In this document: positions 40,850 through 54,265 of the stretch, one piece after another | Layout of the letters: each line of letters begins with the position of its first letter | Position numbering within the stretch: position 1 is the first letter of the stretch | Source of the DNA: the human T2T-CHM13v2.0 reference genome, Homo sapiens | Direction: 5' to 3' (one strand) | Length of the DNA stretch: 64,000 nt | Assembly: GCF_009914755.1 (NCBI RefSeq) | Contig: NC_060935.1 | The notes under the pieces: model-generated | Told to the model about the DNA's origin: nothing | Database searches by the model: none | The model's input: the letters and a program-made list of their open reading frames with translations, nothing else | Program-made: the position numbers and the translations under genes

Positions 40850-41560
40850 AAAACATACATTGAGAGCTTCTTATACACAAGGCACTGTTCTAGGCTCTGG
40901 GAAACAGGGTGAGTGGCACAGGTGCAGCCCCTCCCCTTGAGGAGCCCATATTCTAGTGGCGGATGCAGATACACTAGTGAACAAATAGGCTAACTGCAGT
41001 GAGGGTGCCGTGTAACAACCCAGATGTCAACTCGGGCTGCTTCTTTGAGTCTCCTGGGGAGCCCAGCCCTACCCGTAGAGATCCTGATGACTTGGTTGGG
41101 GCAGGGGGCCTGGGCATGGCCTATGTTGATTGTAATGAGGAGCTGGAGTTGAGGCCTTCTGAATAGATTGGGTGTTTAGGGAGGGCCTTTGGGAGGAGGG
41201 ATGTCAGCCTTCTGAGCCAAGGCTTGTGGGAAAATATGGGAAAAGAGTAATTCTGGCAGAGAAACCCTTTTGCAAAGGCCCTCAGGTAGGTATAAGGACC
41301 TGGGGCCTGATATACCAGGACAACAGGAAAGAGGCCACATGAGCCTGTGGGGGGAAGAGGACAGAGGAATGGCAACCCTGGCGGGGCCCCGCCGGCCACA
41401 CGGGGAGCCTGGATTTAAAGTGAGTATGTCTTCAGCCACATTGCCTTTGGAGAGTCACAGACAGGAGTGACGAGATCTGGGTCGTGTTTTTCAGAGTCCT
41501 CCCTGCTGCTGTGTGGACGACACGTGGGCACAGGCAGAAGTGGGCCCTGTGACCAGCTGC
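40850..41560 (-). mobile_element. L2 (antisense), overlapping CD82 exon 2
   Basis: Contains ggcactgttctaggctctggga, attctggcagag...tgcaaaggccctcagg and gagtgacgagatctg...gctgctgtgtgga. Confidence 0.65.
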
Positions 41561-41576
41561 ACTGGTTTCGTGGAAG
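41495..41576 (+). other. CD82: CD82 exon 2 (non-coding, 82 nt)
   Basis: Acceptor gtttttcag|agtcct and donor GAAG|gtaagt. The sequence matches the recalled CD82 5'UTR. Confidence 0.88.
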
Positions 41577-42219
41577 GTAAGTCCTGGGCTGAGAGGAGAG
41601 GTGGGTTGGAGGGGACACACTTGGGCTGTGAGGCGAGGAAGGTGGAGACCGAGCATGGCCCTCAGGTATTCAGTCTGAGCCACCAGGTGGGTGGAGGGAC
41701 CACTTCTTCCCCTTCTCTGGCTCCTACAGCATTTAGAGTCCTGGAGTGCTGGTCCCTGGGGAGGCTCGGCAGCAGGTCCTGGCATTCAGAGCTGGCCCAG
41801 GGTTGAGCACCTGACACACCCCCAACCTGCCCTGCGGGCAAGGACAGAAGAGGCCTGAGAACCGTCTCTTCGGACTCAGGGGCAGTGGAACTCAGACTGC
41901 CTTCAGGTGGCCGAGAACTTGAAAGCCCTGGTGTTCTTTGTGGCAGTCCCTCCATCTGTCTGTCCATCCATCCATCCACCTACCTACCCCTCCATCCCTG
42001 CATCCACCCAGTCTTTCATTCAGCAACATTTGTTGGGAGTCTGCCTTGTTCTCGTAAATAACAGTCTTCCCGTCAAGGTATCACAGTCCTCAGGGGAAAG
42101 GGACAGGTAAGTAGAAAGTGACTGCACAGCATGCGTTATAGGAACTGCCGTCTATCCACAGCAGACCATGTGGCAGGCATTTTGCCCTAATTTAATGTCT
42201 GGACAAATCTGCAAAGTAG

Positions 42220-42544
<325 letters not shown>

Positions 42545-42997
42545 GCAAAATAAGTTTTATCTTTGTCATTTCACCAATGAGTAAAGTGAGGCTCAGAGAG
42601 GTTAAGTCACTTGTCCAAGGTCACACAGCTAGGAGGCATTAGAACTGCATTCAAATCCAAGGCAGCCTGATGCCAGAGCCTGTTCAGGGAGCTGCTCTAG
42701 TCTCCAGTGCCACTGGAAGGAAGGAGAGAGGGAGTGCCCCTAACCAACATGTGTCTTGGGGGTCAGAGGGTGGCAGTGGTAGTGATGAAAAAGCTGGCTG
42801 GAGTAGGAAGTTTCCTGGAGGTGGTGATTTCGGAGGTGAGTGTTAAATGATAAGTAGAAGTTGGCAAAATATTAATATAATAATTTTATTATACAAACTG
42901 ATTTGGCATAAAATGATATATTTCGTCAATTAAAATTGTAGTTGCTCAGAAATGGTCAATTTACCTGGTGTCAAGTATAACATAAGATCAGCACCTC

Positions 42998-43283
<286 letters not shown>

Positions 43284-43679
43284 AACAACCACCACCACCA
43301 TAACAAAGATCAGTACCTCCATCCTGCTGCTCACAGCTCTCTGTGACTGTTCTGGAAGTTTCCCATTAAGATGTGCTTGCATCTCATTCCCTTGAATTGT
43401 CAGTGTTTTTAACACAGGAAAGCTTGGGCAGACTCTCCAATGTTTACCAAAAGTATACACAAGAAAGCATAACATTGGAGGACATTCTTTTGGCTTAAGA
43501 TCATCTGTAAATTAAATCCTCATCCCTTGCTGCTTCTGCAAGCACTGAGCCAACTGATGATGATGATACAGACACCAGCCCCAGCTCCGGGTCATTGAGT
43601 CCTGACTGTACCAGGCGCTGACCTCACTCCCTCTTTAGGACGGGAGTCCAGTTGGGAGTTCCACTCCCCAAGGAGATGA

Positions 43680-44153
<474 letters not shown>

Positions 44154-44206
44154 GACCCTTGCTGCCTCTTACAGACACTTGTGGGTGCGCCATTTGATCC
44201 TCTACA

Positions 44207-44750
<544 letters not shown>

Positions 44751-45801
44751 GTTCCACACCAACCCTTATTTCTGTCTCATGGATGGCAGACTGAGGCTCA
44801 GCTCTCAGTATGGGAGGGCAGAGCCGGGCATAACCCCTGGCACTCTGAATTCAACCTCGGGGGCTCCTTGGAGCTTGGTGGTGGTTGTGGATTCCTTGAA
44901 GTTGATGCCACAGCCCATCGTGGGTGACCTGGGTGTGTCCCCGCCTCAGGCTGAGCTGACTTCCTTGCCTGTGTGGGATTGCCCATCTCCTGCTGAGTGT
45001 GGAGAATGTTCTTCACCCTCTGCTCCCTGTCAGTTTGAGGCAGAAGCATCTGCACTTGCAGGGCAGGAAGACTTTGTCTTCTGGATCTTGGCCAGTGTGC
45101 CTGGGAGCTGCCCATCCCAGGTTCCAGTTATCAGCACCTTCTCCTCCCTCGGGTGATGTCCAGATACCTCTGGGTCTGTCCCACTTGACTGGGCTGCGTG
45201 GCTCTCATTTCAGCCTCTGGACCCACCCAGCTGCCTCCTGTGTGGGATGGAGCCCATGGGTGGTGTAAGGGGCCAGGCAGCCTGGGCCCTGTCCTTGCCA
45301 GTCCTCCTACTTGAGACCTTGGGCAGGCTCCTTCTCCCCTCTGTGCCTCTGTTTGCATGTAGAGGGCTGAAGAGCTTAGCCCAGTGCCTGATACAATCTG
45401 TGTGCGTGACCAAGGGACCAGCCAAGCTTGCCCAGGGTCTGGAATATCATGGGAATACCAGCCCAGCCACGTCTGCCTTGGTGACAAGGTTTCCCAGCCT
45501 CCTCCTTGCCCTCTGAGCAGAGCTCCTCTGAGCAGTCATTTTGTCCTCACACCTAACTGGACAAAGGAAACCCAGCCGTCCCCAAAGATCCCTTTATAAT
45601 CCTGGCTACTGTCCAGGAGGGACCACTTCACAGAAGAAAGATCTTGGGGTCTGAAAACCACTGCCACTTATGACCTGTGTGACTTGGGCAAGTTACTGAA
45701 CCTGTCTGAGCCTCTGGTCTGCCAGGGATAGGAATACTCACTTCCTGGGCTGGTTGTGAGGATGATGGGGGATGATGTCTGAACATGGCCACTTGTAGTA
45801 G

Positions 45802-46169
<368 letters not shown>

Positions 46170-47629
46170 TAAAAGCTGCCCTTTGCTGAATGCCCCACCG
46201 TGAGACTGAGCAGAGGATGTGTGAGCTGGAAAGTGTAGAAACCCCTTTCCCGGACTTTCTGAAACTGCAACACCGTGGATCTGACTCAGGGTTGCCAAAG
46301 AACTCTTTCCACACTTCTGCAATTTCACAAGGATGCCAATGGCCCCATTGCCAAGACGCATAGTTTGTTGGCGGACTGCAGTTAGTGGATGTTCTTCTGG
46401 TGAAGGGGTGGCCTAGCTACTGCTGCTTGGGCGCTGAACCTGGTTGGTCTCTTGGGGCATGCCCCGTATTGTTTACTGGGAGGAGACCTGGTCAGGCTGA
46501 AACACAGCAGATCCGTGGTAGGAAAGAAGAACAGATGCCGCCTGGCTTTGGGAGAGAATCTCTCTTCTCTTGCTGTTTAGTTCCTGGAGTCTGTGAAGTG
46601 CCTGTGGTATGTCAGGCTCTGTGCTGGGAGGTGAGAGAGAGGAAAAACAATAGCTATCCTTGATGTAGTGCAGACTCCCAGGAGGCCTTCCTAGGCCAGG
46701 ACGGGGTTTGGGCATTGAAGATCTCTGGCTTCCTGGGCACGGGGAAGTCATGTTTTCTCCTCTCTAGGTCTGGGGAGTTGCCCAGGTTGCACTGCCCTGG
46801 CTCCCGAGTCACTGCCATCTCTGCAATTCTCAGACCCAGGCCTTGGAGCCCCCTAGACTGGAAGAGCCATTTAGTCTAATCTCCCTACATAGCACTTAAA
46901 TCCCCCAGGAGTATTTTTTTAGACTTTGCTTCCATGCCGCTTGTGATGGGAAGCTCACTACCACCCAGGCAGCTTTTTCCTAACTTGGGCAGCTTTGCTT
47001 CATATTATACCTCCCAAATCTGCCCTTTAAAAAGGCACTTAAAGAAAACTTCCTGTAACAAAGCTGTCAGAGGAAAGAAAACTGGACTGGACCCCTTGGG
47101 AGGTCATGAACCCTCCTCATTAGCCACCTTCCCCATCACCGGAGGTGTGTGAAGTGGAAGCTGAGCTCCCACTTGACAAGGAGGATGGAAGATTGTTGAT
47201 CGTTAGCATGTCCAGAAAAGAGTAGGGAACCTGTGTGTAGCCGGGGAAATTGAAGACTTTCAAGTGGTGCTGGAGGAAGAAGGAGTGAAGCCCGGGCCTC
47301 CGGCTTTCCTTTCCCTTTGCTCTGTGGCCTGCCCTTCCCCCTCCATAAGGCAGGGAAACACAAGTGGGCCTGGTGCCGTCCCCTCCACCCCCCCAGCCCA
47401 GCTCTGCCCATGCAGCTGTCCCAGGCCAGCTGTCCAGGCCCCAGCTGCCCGGCGGTGCTGGCTCCCTTTGCCCCAAAGGGTCTGAAGGCTGGCGGCTGGC
47501 ACTCCTGGATTTTCTGGCCTCTGAGTCAGGGTGAGAACAGTCAGCTTCCAGCTTCCCTCTTCCTCCCGGGGCCCTCCCCTCGCCTGGGGTCTTTTGGAGT
47601 GGAGGGGGCACAGCATGCCCAAGCATGGT

Positions 47630-48170
47630 TTGTGTCATTTCAGAAGCACAACTTGTGTCATCGGGGAGACTGTGAAAACTTGGAAACAACCTGTGTGTCC
47701 AATCTTAGAGTATCAGTTAAATGCTTTTATGGGATGGCCACATCTGAGACTTTAACCTGGGGCCACTGGGGTTCCTGAATGGGTTTCAGAGGTCCATGAA
47801 CTCCCAGAAATTATTAGCATCACAAAATGCTAACTACACATGAATTTTTTGGGGGACTCTGTGAGCCCCCAAATGTTAATAAGTACTAATAGGATGGAAT
47901 CCTATGCAACATGTGAAACTATGAAGAGCATTTTATCAACATATAGAGAGTGAAGATTGTAGAATGAAAAAAACAGGCTAGAAAACACTATACAGAATGA
48001 GCCCAATTTTGTTTAGAACCATTTGTTATACACACACACACACACACGAATAATAGCTACTAAAACGATGACAGTTTTTAATCTCTGGAGTGAGATACAT
48101 TTTGCTTGATTTCTGTTTTTCTGTATTTGTTGGGTGTTCTACAATGCATGTTTATTCCCTTTGTAATAAG
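47630..48170 (+). mobile_element. Old L1 (L1M-type) 3' fragments
   Basis: aaacttggaaacaacctgtgtgtcca and ggatggaatcctatgcaac in an AT-rich island; diverged. Confidence 0.5.
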
Positions 48171-48673
48171 AAGCTGGGACGCTCAGCCTGTTTTCTGAGA
48201 AGCCAAAATTCCCCTTCTCGCCTTGGCAGACCCCACAACTCCCAGCCCCTAGTCCCAGAGGGAGTCTGTGGAACAAGCACAGGTCTCACCTCTGGGTCTC
48301 TGTCAATGGATCACTAACTTCCCGGCCCCCTGACTTCAAACAGAGTCCATCTGTGCAAGTTCCAGAGCCTGGGTCATGGAGGTGAGGGGTGAGGGTCTCC
48401 CTCTGTCATTTTGCTCCCACCAGCCCCAGCCCCAGCCCCAGCCCCAGTGCAGTGGCTGATCCGGATCCTAACTGCCAAGCATCAAGTGCCTGGCACACAA
48501 GACTGCTCGTGGGACCTCATTTCCTAGCTGTGTGGCTTTGGGCTAGTTGTCTAACCTCTCTGGGCCTCTGCATCCTCTAAGGCAGGGACAGGGTTAGTAC
48601 CCACCTCCTGGGGTTGCTGCAAGGGCAGACTGAGCTGATCCCCTCACTGGCCTGCCTGCCTTCTCTCTTCCAG

Positions 48674-48693
48674 GAAGCTCCAGGACTGGCGGG
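48674..48693 (+). other. CD82: CD82 exon 3, 5'UTR part
   Basis: Acceptor ttctctcttccag|gaagctc, leading into the strong Kozak context gggATGG. Confidence 0.9.
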
Positions 48694-48756
48694 ATGGGCT
48701 CAGCCTGTATCAAAGTCACCAAATACTTTCTCTTCCTCTTCAACTTGATCTTCTTT
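48694..48756 (+). CDS. CD82: CD82 coding exon (aa 1-21, MGSACIKVTKYFLFLFNLIFF)
   Basis: Tetraspanin N-terminus/TM1 with Cys5 and Asn17; donor |gtaagt, phase 0. Confidence 0.97.
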
Positions 48757-49817
48757 GTAAGTATGTCCCATGCCGTCCTGACCACCTCCGAAAAGATTCT
48801 CCTTCCAGGGGCATCCCAGCCTGAGCCTTTCCAGAGCCGACCGGGCCGGGGATTGGGGGGATTTGGTGGGTAGGGACTGAGGACGAACTATCTCCAACGG
48901 AACCTAGTTGGGGTGGTGAGGAGATTCCCTGCCATTCCCAGCTGGTCCTTTGACCAAGCACTGGATTCCTGACCCGGCCTTCCCCTCTCCTAGATCACCC
49001 AAAGCCTGGGCTGGCGGTGGGTATGGGGAAGGAGAGGAGAGCCCCTGGGCATCCCCCTAACTCAACAGCAGGAGCTGCTAGAAGAAGCCTCTTAGCATCT
49101 CTCTAGTCCTGTCCTGGCCCCCACCCTGCCCATGTGAAGAATTGACCTGTGACAGTTCCAGGCCCCAGTTGCCCCTATCACACCCCCGTCCCTGTCGTGG
49201 GAAGGTATCTCCCTGAGCTCTCATAGGGAGAGCAAGAGGGCGCCAGGCGTGGGGCCAGTGAAGGGCACATACCTCCTTCCCCAGACCCACCCCAGCAGAT
49301 GGGCCATCCAGATGTCAGCTCTGTGGACATTGACTGCTGGTTTTCCTGGGGCCTCGGTTTTCCTCTCTGGCCTGGCATGGACTGCCTCTTGCCTTGGAGT
49401 TGCTGGGATGGTGGGGTGTGTGTGTGAGTGAGAGTGTGTTGTTGGGGGGCAGTGCCCTGGAGAGGACTTCATAGCCTCAGAGTAGTGTTGGGAGCGCTGG
49501 CTTCCCTGTGTTGACGGTTTACCCTATAGTGTTAAAAAAAAATCAGGTTGTACAGTAGGTTGTTTCTTATGATCCAAAGTTTTAAATGTACGTATTCATT
49601 AAAAAGTGAGTATTTTTGAGAAGAGAAGAAAATACCTCAATGTTAATGTTGGGATTCTTGGGAATTTTGATTTTATTCTTTATGCATCTCTGTATTTTCC
49701 CAATTTTCTACGGTAGATATTAATTACTTGTTTGGGGAACAGGGGGTTTACATTACAAGTTACATAGTTTATGGGAAGTTTGGGAAATAAACAAGAATCA
49801 TTCTAAATTCCCCTTCT

Positions 49818-49961
49818 GGCCAGACATGGTAGGTCTTGCCTGTAATCCCAGTGCTTTGGGAGGCCAAGGCAGGAGGATTGTTTGAGTCCAGGAGTTCTAG
49901 ACCAGCTTGGGCAACATAGCAAGACCCTGTTTCTCTACAAAAAAAAAAAAAAAAAAAAAAA
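49818..49961 (+). mobile_element. Alu monomer (FLAM-like)
   Basis: Single left monomer plus poly-A, with TSD-like aaattcccc. Confidence 0.85.
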
Positions 49962-52428
49962 GAATTTTAAAAATTCCCCCTTCACAGCTTTAACCCAATG
50001 CACAGACATGTACAATGTGTTCCTGGCACCCGCACACAAGTGTTCATACACGCATGCACACACACAGGAAGCCCTGGCGCTGCCTGCCTTGCTTTTTTTC
50101 CACCCTGGCCCCGGCCCTAGCTCCCTCCTGGAGGACCCTGTGAGGCCCCACTGTGGCTCTGGCCCTCTGCTCATGGCAGCCGGGCCTGGAACCCACCCCA
50201 GGCCGGGCTTGGGCTTCCCCAGCTTGGCAGTCAGGTCTCTCCTGGCTGCCCTAGGACTTTGGGAAGCAGCTGCCTGTGCAGGCAAAGCCAAGCTTTTCCT
50301 GGCAAGCACTTGGTGTCTGGGCGGAGACCCAGCATAAAGGCCAATGGGCCAGGACTCGGGGGAAGGGGTGCGTGGGCACTGTAGCTCTATCCCTGGGGGC
50401 TTTAGGGACTAGAGAGAGGAGCCTGGGCTCTGGCCTAGGAGATCACGGAGCTTGGGTTTCAGTGATAAAGAAACTTTCCTTCATGCAGTGGGGGTTGGGG
50501 AGACCCTCATAGAGAAAGGGAGTGGGGTTGGTGGTTTCAGCCAGGGTGGCCCTTTCTGTCCTGCTCGCAAGTTGCCCTGTGGAACCAGGGACTGGAAAAG
50601 CTGCTCTCTGGCCAGGGCTTGGCCTCCTTTTGGCTCCTCCAGGGGCTGGCAGGAGTCAGGTGTTAACTGTCTGTGTACTGGGGCCTAGGATGACCCATCA
50701 GGATGGTGGAGGGGGGAGGGGCAGCTTGTATGACAGGAGGGTGAGAGTGAAAGAGGAGGGCTGGAGGAGGCAGAACGGGCTTGTTTACTCCTCAGCAAAT
50801 GTGTATCTGACACCTCAGCATCTTCAGATGTTCAGGGCGGAAGAGCCCTGATTGCTATACTTCCGGAGCTTGTGTCCTAGGGAGCAGTGGGCTTCCATCA
50901 AATAACTACTCAAATGCATGAAAAATTGCAGTTGTTGGGGGTACTAGGAACAGATAGGCTCTTCGGAAAGCAGATGAGGCTCTTGGCCTGGTCATGGAGG
51001 TCAGCAAAGGCTTCCTGGGGTTCTGGGTGTGGCTTTGGAGAGGGGGATCCTGGCAGCAGGGGCAGCCGGTGGAGGCAGAGTGCACCTCCCCAGGCATAGA
51101 CCCGGCCAGCCTGCCTCTTTGTTTTATGCACATTGGGAGGGGTTTCGTGGTTGGATTTGTGGTTTGGAAAAATCCCCGTGGCTGCTATGTGTGCTCGCGC
51201 CTGCGTGCATGTGCACCTGTATGTCTTTGCCTGTACTCCCTCCGGACTCCAGACTCCCCAGCGCATTGCCACTTTTCTCAGGTCCAAAGGAATGCAGAGG
51301 CACTGGTGCTGTGGCTATGCTGGGGAAGGACGCTCACTGCTCTGAGGGTCCTGGCTCCTGATGGGTCCCATCTGGGGATTGGGGAAGGGCTGGGGGAGTG
51401 ATTAACATGGGGCCTGCCCCACAGCTCCAGTCTTGGTTCACAGAGAAAAAGGGGGTGCCATGGTGCCTTGCCCATTCTGGTAGGCTGCCCAGCCTCCTTT
51501 CTGGCTCTGCCACAGCCCCATGGCTAATCCAGCCACATCTGACCATCAGGCTGGGGTCATCAGACCTACAGAGGGACTGAATGGGTAGCCCCGGGGACTT
51601 TGCTCTCTGGGTTCCTCTTGGCAAGCTGAGGAGCCAGCTGAGTAGTGTGGGGTTTTGATCTACTTGGGATTATGTGTGCCAAGAGGGGATTTTCTGTCCT
51701 GCCTCCCATTCCCTTTTGGTAGGGGCTGTCCTCCCTCCTGTCCCACCCTGTGAATGTGGGAGGGAATGGGGCAGGGGCTCTGCCCACATGGGTCTGAGAT
51801 GCAGAGGGAGCAGACGTGGGCCTGAGCACTGGCCCCTGCCTCGCTGTGCTGTGGGGTGGTTGTGGGCTGGGTAGGGTTGCAGGTCTTGGGGAACCAAACT
51901 CCCAGGTCCTGGAAAGCCCCCATTTCCCCCAGCTGTGCAAATTAAGGTGGACCCACCTTCCAGCAGACTCTTCTCCTCCCCAGTGTCTCAGGGGCTTTTC
52001 TGTCCCGAGACTGGCTTTCTGGGTGAAGGCCCAGGATGGATCCAAAATATCCCTATAGCTCACCTGCCACCATCTGGCTTCCAGTCCCTGATGGATAAAA
52101 TCAAGGCCTCATATAAAATTCCGTGTGTATAAAATGAGGTCAATTACAAGGCCCGTCTCACTGGGAGAGAGGAGAGGACAGATAATACCTCAGTGATGAT
52201 TCTGGTGGGAGACACTGGGGGGCAGACGTGGGGTGGTCACCGTGCCTTTGTGGTTGTAGTCATCAGTCACAGTGGTCTTTAAGGTAGCAAGTACAAGGGT
52301 AAAGGGAGAGAGGCAACCCCCTACTGAGCCACCTGGGCCCTGGGGCAAAAGGAAACATTGATAATACTGATACTGTCAACATTTTATTTCAAAGTTTAAT
52401 AGTTCAGTTATCATGGATTTTTGGCCTT

Positions 52429-52430
<2 letters not shown>

Positions 52431-52465
<35 letters not shown>

Positions 52466-52696
52466 AGACGGAGTCTCACTCTTGTTGTCCAGTCTGGAGT
52501 GCAGTGGCGTGACCTTGGCTCACTGCCACCGCCGCTTCCTGAGTTCAAGTGATTCTCCTGCCTCAGCCTCCTGAGTAGCTGGGATTACAGGACCCCATCA
52601 ACACGCCCAGCTAATTGTATTTTTAGTGCAGACGGGGTTTTGCCATGTTGGCCAGGCTGGTCTCAAACTCCTGACCTCAGGTGATCTACCCGCCTG
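52431..52696 (-). mobile_element. Alu, 5'-truncated, long poly-T
   Basis: About 34 T followed by an antisense Alu ending in the left arm. Confidence 0.93.
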
Positions 52697-53195
52697 AGTT
52701 TTTGGTGCCTCCTCATGTGTTACACCTGAGGCAGGTGCCTCGTGCCTTGGGCCGGTCCTGGCTCTGGTCTTTGATAATGATAGAATGATTCTGATGGAGA
52801 CCCTGTGCCCAGGCCAGCCCCAGGCTCGGGGCTCTATGGCAGCTGCTGGCCTCCAACCTGAGATTATGGGATGATGGCTGAGGTGGGAACCCAGGGCTGT
52901 GATACAGGTGGGAGTTTCAAGACGGGTCATCCACCAGGTGGGCCCAGTCCAGGCCCCCACTAATGGCCAGCCTTGTGGGTTGACACAGGGCCACCCCCAC
53001 CTCCAAAGGGAACCTGCATCTTTGCCCAGATGGCAGGCACTTCCCCAGCCTTTGCCAGCTTTATGGGATGGTGGATCTTGGCTGGGACTCCACCTGGGGA
53101 GATGAGCTCAGCCCTGGTAGATGGGAGAGAGGCAGGGAATCCCTGGGCTTGGGATCCTTATTTGTAACACCTCATTCATTTTTTCCTTTTTGTGG

Positions 53196-53478
53196 GGGGC
53201 AGAGTGAGGGGGTCTTGCCCTGTCACCCAGGTCATGTCATGAACACAGTTCACTGCAGCCTTGACTTCCCTGGGGCCAAGTGATCCTCTCTTCTCAGCTT
53301 CCCCAGTAGCTGGGACTACAGGCATGCACCACCACATTGGCTAATTTTTGAAATTTTTTGTAGAGTCAAGGTCTCACTGTGTTGCCCAGGCTGGTCTCAA
53401 ACTCCTGGGCTCAAGTGATCCTCCTGCCTGGGCCTCACAAAATGTTGGGATTACAGGCATGAACCACCGGGCCTGACC
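53196..53478 (-). mobile_element. AluJ
   Basis: Antisense Alu with J features (cactgcagccttgac, ctcctgggctcaagtgatcctcc). Confidence 0.9.
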
Positions 53479-54192
53479 TTCATTTCCCTTTCTAGTCCTG
53501 CATTTGCAGTTTGGTTCATCAGCTCATTCATTCCCCCAGCCACTTAGCACCCAGTGCTGTAGAGCTGCTGGGGATGCAGAGCTGCCTCCAGCCAGCCCTG
53601 CCCTCAGGGAGCTCACAGTTTAGCCAGAGAAACCAACACAGCAGTTAGACCCAGTCGGAATGACTGTTAAGAAGGGTGGGACAGTGGTTGCTGCAGAATG
53701 GGGGCACCCGAGTCTGCCTGAGGGGGTCAGAGAAGGCTCCTGTGGCAGGTGACCCTGTTGTTCAGACCTGGGGATGAGTTGGGCTTTGATGTTCAAGTCC
53801 ACGGAGGGTCCTCCTCAGAGCCTTTCTTGTTTGGGAAGCTCCCAGGCCCTGAACTGGGTGGAGTCGGGGGGATGAGCTGAGAAAAGAGCCAGGAGATGTG
53901 GCAGGAAGGGTGCCCCTGGCAGGAGGCTGCACCAGGAGGCTTGGCTGAATCACACATGGTGGAGGGGGGCAAGATGGGAGGCAGGAGGGATTCCCTATCC
54001 AGGGTCCTGGTGTCTGGCTTGCTGCGATGTGGGACCGGAGGCCATCTGGACATCTCTGGGCTGGAGAAGGGTGGATGTGGTGCCCTCTGTGGCCCCCTGC
54101 CCTGCCCACCCTGACTTGGGTTCCAGGGACAGCTGGCAGGGGGAGGGCTATCTGCTCTTGGCTCCCCATTAACTGCTCCCTTCTCCTTCCAG

Positions 54193-54265
54193 ATCCTGGG
54201 CGCAGTGATCCTGGGCTTCGGGGTGTGGATCCTGGCCGACAAGAGCAGTTTCATCTCTGTCCTGC
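54193..54265 (+). CDS. CD82: CD82 exon 4 (aa 22-45/46, ILGAVILGFGVWILADKSSFISVL-Q)
   Basis: Acceptor ttctccttccag|atc and donor c|gtaagg; 73 nt, in frame with the preceding exon. Confidence 0.97.

Noticed and set aside
49228-49245. Second CTCF-like motif (gagcaagagggcgcca)
   Set aside because: The 5' CC core positions mismatch, so it is too weak to call from sequence alone.
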